Assembly: GCF_006345805.1 (NCBI RefSeq)
Contig: NW_021835985.1
Span: forward strand, 11,111 to 75,110
DNA: 64,000 nucleotides
From: Octopus sinensis
Taxonomy: Eukaryota
Direction: 5' to 3'
Shown: piece after piece, positions 62,036 through 64,000 of the stretch
Layout: each line of letters starts with the position of its first letter
Position numbering within the stretch: the first letter of the stretch is position 1
Program-made: the position numbers and the translations under genes
Notes under the pieces: model-generated
Databases searched by the model: none
Told to the model about the DNA's origin: nothing
The model's input: the letters and a program-made list of their open reading frames with translations, nothing else

Positions 62036-62554
62036 TCTATATATATAAAACTGTGGTTGTGTGAGTGTCTGTCCCCTTCGATTAGATTCCTAACTCCTCC
62101 CACATTTTGCGGTGCAGTTTAACCAAATTCGGGTATCTTATAGTCGGGATTCATATCGAGCCCGTCTGAGTATTAGCGCGCGTCTACGATGAGTCTACGA
62201 TGAGTCTACGATTTAAAAAATAATTTAACATCATTTTTTATTCCATTTTAATGCATATTTTTTGTGTGTCGATGGTGGCGGAGTTGGAGTCCATGGTCAC
62301 ACCTGCACCTGTTTGCTTCTCCCCCTTCTTCCTCCCTCGTGAAGCTGTGGTGAAGGGAGTGTAAGGAAATCAACGTCGTAAAGCGTTGTCAGGAGACCAG
62401 CGTTCTTTTAGAACAACGACTTCATGGCTTGAAGACACCAAACAGAAATGGCTAAGAAAGCCTGAATTGACATCTATAAGGGAAGTAACTCTCTAAAAAT
62501 GCTTATATAGTTATTTCCCTTACAAACCCGAGCAACGCCGGGCGATACTGCTAG
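62036..62554 (+). mobile_element. Non-autonomous Helitron (~520 bp)
   Basis: A|TC start, CCCGAGCAACGCCGGG hairpin, CTAG|T end. Confidence 0.87.
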
Positions 62555-62580
62555 TTATATATATATATATATATATATAT

Positions 62581-63160
62581 GTCTCGGTAGTCAAGATAAA
62601 ACTCTGAGTTTCAGATGCCGAAGTGGAAATCCACAACACCATCTCTTTGGTTATCTGGCTATTTGAAAACGTTATGAAAAAATACCGTTAAAAATAAAGG
62701 GAAATTACTCTGTTATAACTCTGCTTTGCCTGCGTACTTAAACATCGCTCGCATTTTTCGTCATAAAAATTATATAAAAATACATAAAAATATATAAAAA
62801 TATATAAAAATATATAAATTCTTCTTGGGACATAACACAGAAAGCATGTTCTATCTGTTATCTTTAGGGGACCAAAAACGTAACAGAAATTTAGTCACAT
62901 GTGGGCATGATCCGAAAAGCTCTGTCCTTGTATTTAGACATGTGGTAGGGTCTAAGCTGCTTTTCCAGATAAGCCATCTCTCCATGTCGCATAAACCGCA
63001 CCTTCCGCTGCCGTTAGTATAGGGCTTACATCTGGCCAAAATCTTCCATTGTATGTTATAATCGACCCCTTTATCTCTTAAAGACCAAATATGATTGGAT
63101 AATTGTGTCGCTTTTCTTTTGTTCCAGTGCCTAAAGCTCAAAGTGTGGTTACCGTTTTAT
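62581..63160 (-). mobile_element. 5'-truncated Penelope-like element: GIY-YIG endonuclease C-terminus, 3' region, and HHR-bearing terminal repeat
   Basis: NHTLSFRH...TQLSNHIWSL...QWKILARCKPY...RCGLC...LNTRTELFGSCPH (PLE CCHH/GIY-YIG C-terminal pattern); HHR-like motif at 62596-62654; (TA)n on both sides. Confidence 0.85.
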
Positions 63161-63187
63161 CAATATATATATATATGTATATACAGT

Positions 63188-63450
63188 AGTGAAGGCTTAG
63201 TGGTTGGAGTAATTGGTTTACAATCATTAGATCGTGAGTTCAATTCCCTGCGGCACGTTGTGTCCTTGAGCAAGACACTTCACTTCATGATGCTCCAGTC
63301 CACTCAGCTGGCAAAAATGAGTTGTACCTGTAATCCAAATGTCTGATCTTGTCACATTCTGTGTCAGACTGAATCTCCCTGAGAACTACATTAAGGGCAC
63401 ATGTGTCTGTGGAGTACTCAGCCACTTGCGTGTTAATTCATGAGAACGCT
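63188..63450 (+). mobile_element. tRNA-derived SINE (another head starts at ~63975 at the window edge)
   Basis: Homologous to 30198-30528, with core TGTCCTTGAGCAAGACACTT. Confidence 0.8.
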
Positions 63451-64000
63451 ATTCTCCAGATGTTGAGTTTGACAGTGGAGATGACAAAGGATTGAGATGA
63501 CTGGTGATTTGCTGTGCCCGAGAAGACCTCTCCATCTCAGCATAAATGAGAGCCCAAAATCAAATCCCTTATGCCTATAGCCTCAGCACCCAATCCGTCC
63601 TAAACCTGTCTCTTCCCTACAACACATCTAAATACCCACTCTAACATCACTCTTCTGACTAGAGCAAAACAGAACATATTTCATCCTCCACCATTTTGTG
63701 CTCCCACTCACCCTCCCCGACACCATTTACTCTGTTTCTTGCATCCTCAATATCATCTCTTACTTACCATTATATTTTCTGTTAAATGCCCCTTTCACTT
63801 CCAGTCTTCTCCTTCACACCCTCTCATTCCATCAATGGCAGCCCCCACTACTGATGTTCATCTCCCACTATTTCCACCCCTTTGTACCTCTGACCTTGTC
63901 TCTGGCACCTACCATCTCTCACCTACCACCCACACTCCACATCCATTTATGCTGCAACTTATCCCAAGCCTTAGGTGAAGGCGCATGGCTCAGCGGTTAG

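Noticed and set aside
58000-64000. Further upstream MAN2A exon
   Set aside because: No sequence encoding the expected preceding motifs (LGDDFRY-like) was found, so the upstream exons lie outside the window

Overview
AT-rich, repeat-dense animal genomic DNA. The repeat repertoire (RTE LINEs with (GAT)n tails, tRNA-derived SINEs, abundant (TA)n) looks like an octopus genome; this is inferred from repeat style. The first 16.6 kb is a heterochromatin-like block: a ~141-bp AT-rich satellite, a 185-bp satellite in three arrays of alternating orientation with a fold-back junction, a short degenerate (TTAGGG)n tract, and a 1.6-kb degenerate (CCCTAA)n array facing it. From 22.4 to 58 kb on the minus strand lie the last seven coding exons of a Golgi alpha-mannosidase II gene (MAN2A1/MAN2A2 family, GH38). 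One exon has a 1-bp frameshift and one is 1048 bp long. The introns hold RTE LINE fragments, non-autonomous Helitrons (including a 5-unit tandem array), SINEs, Tc1/mariner relics and a 20-bp minisatellite; a Gypsy relic lies downstream of the gene. The strongest unannotated signal is about a dozen minimal type I hammerhead ribozyme (HHR) motifs from several sequence families. Four of the HHR-bearing elements are fold-back palindromes, two are tandem or partial-tandem retrozyme-like units, and one lies downstream of a Penelope-like GIY-YIG endonuclease fragment. All structures were read by eye; no folding or database searches were run.
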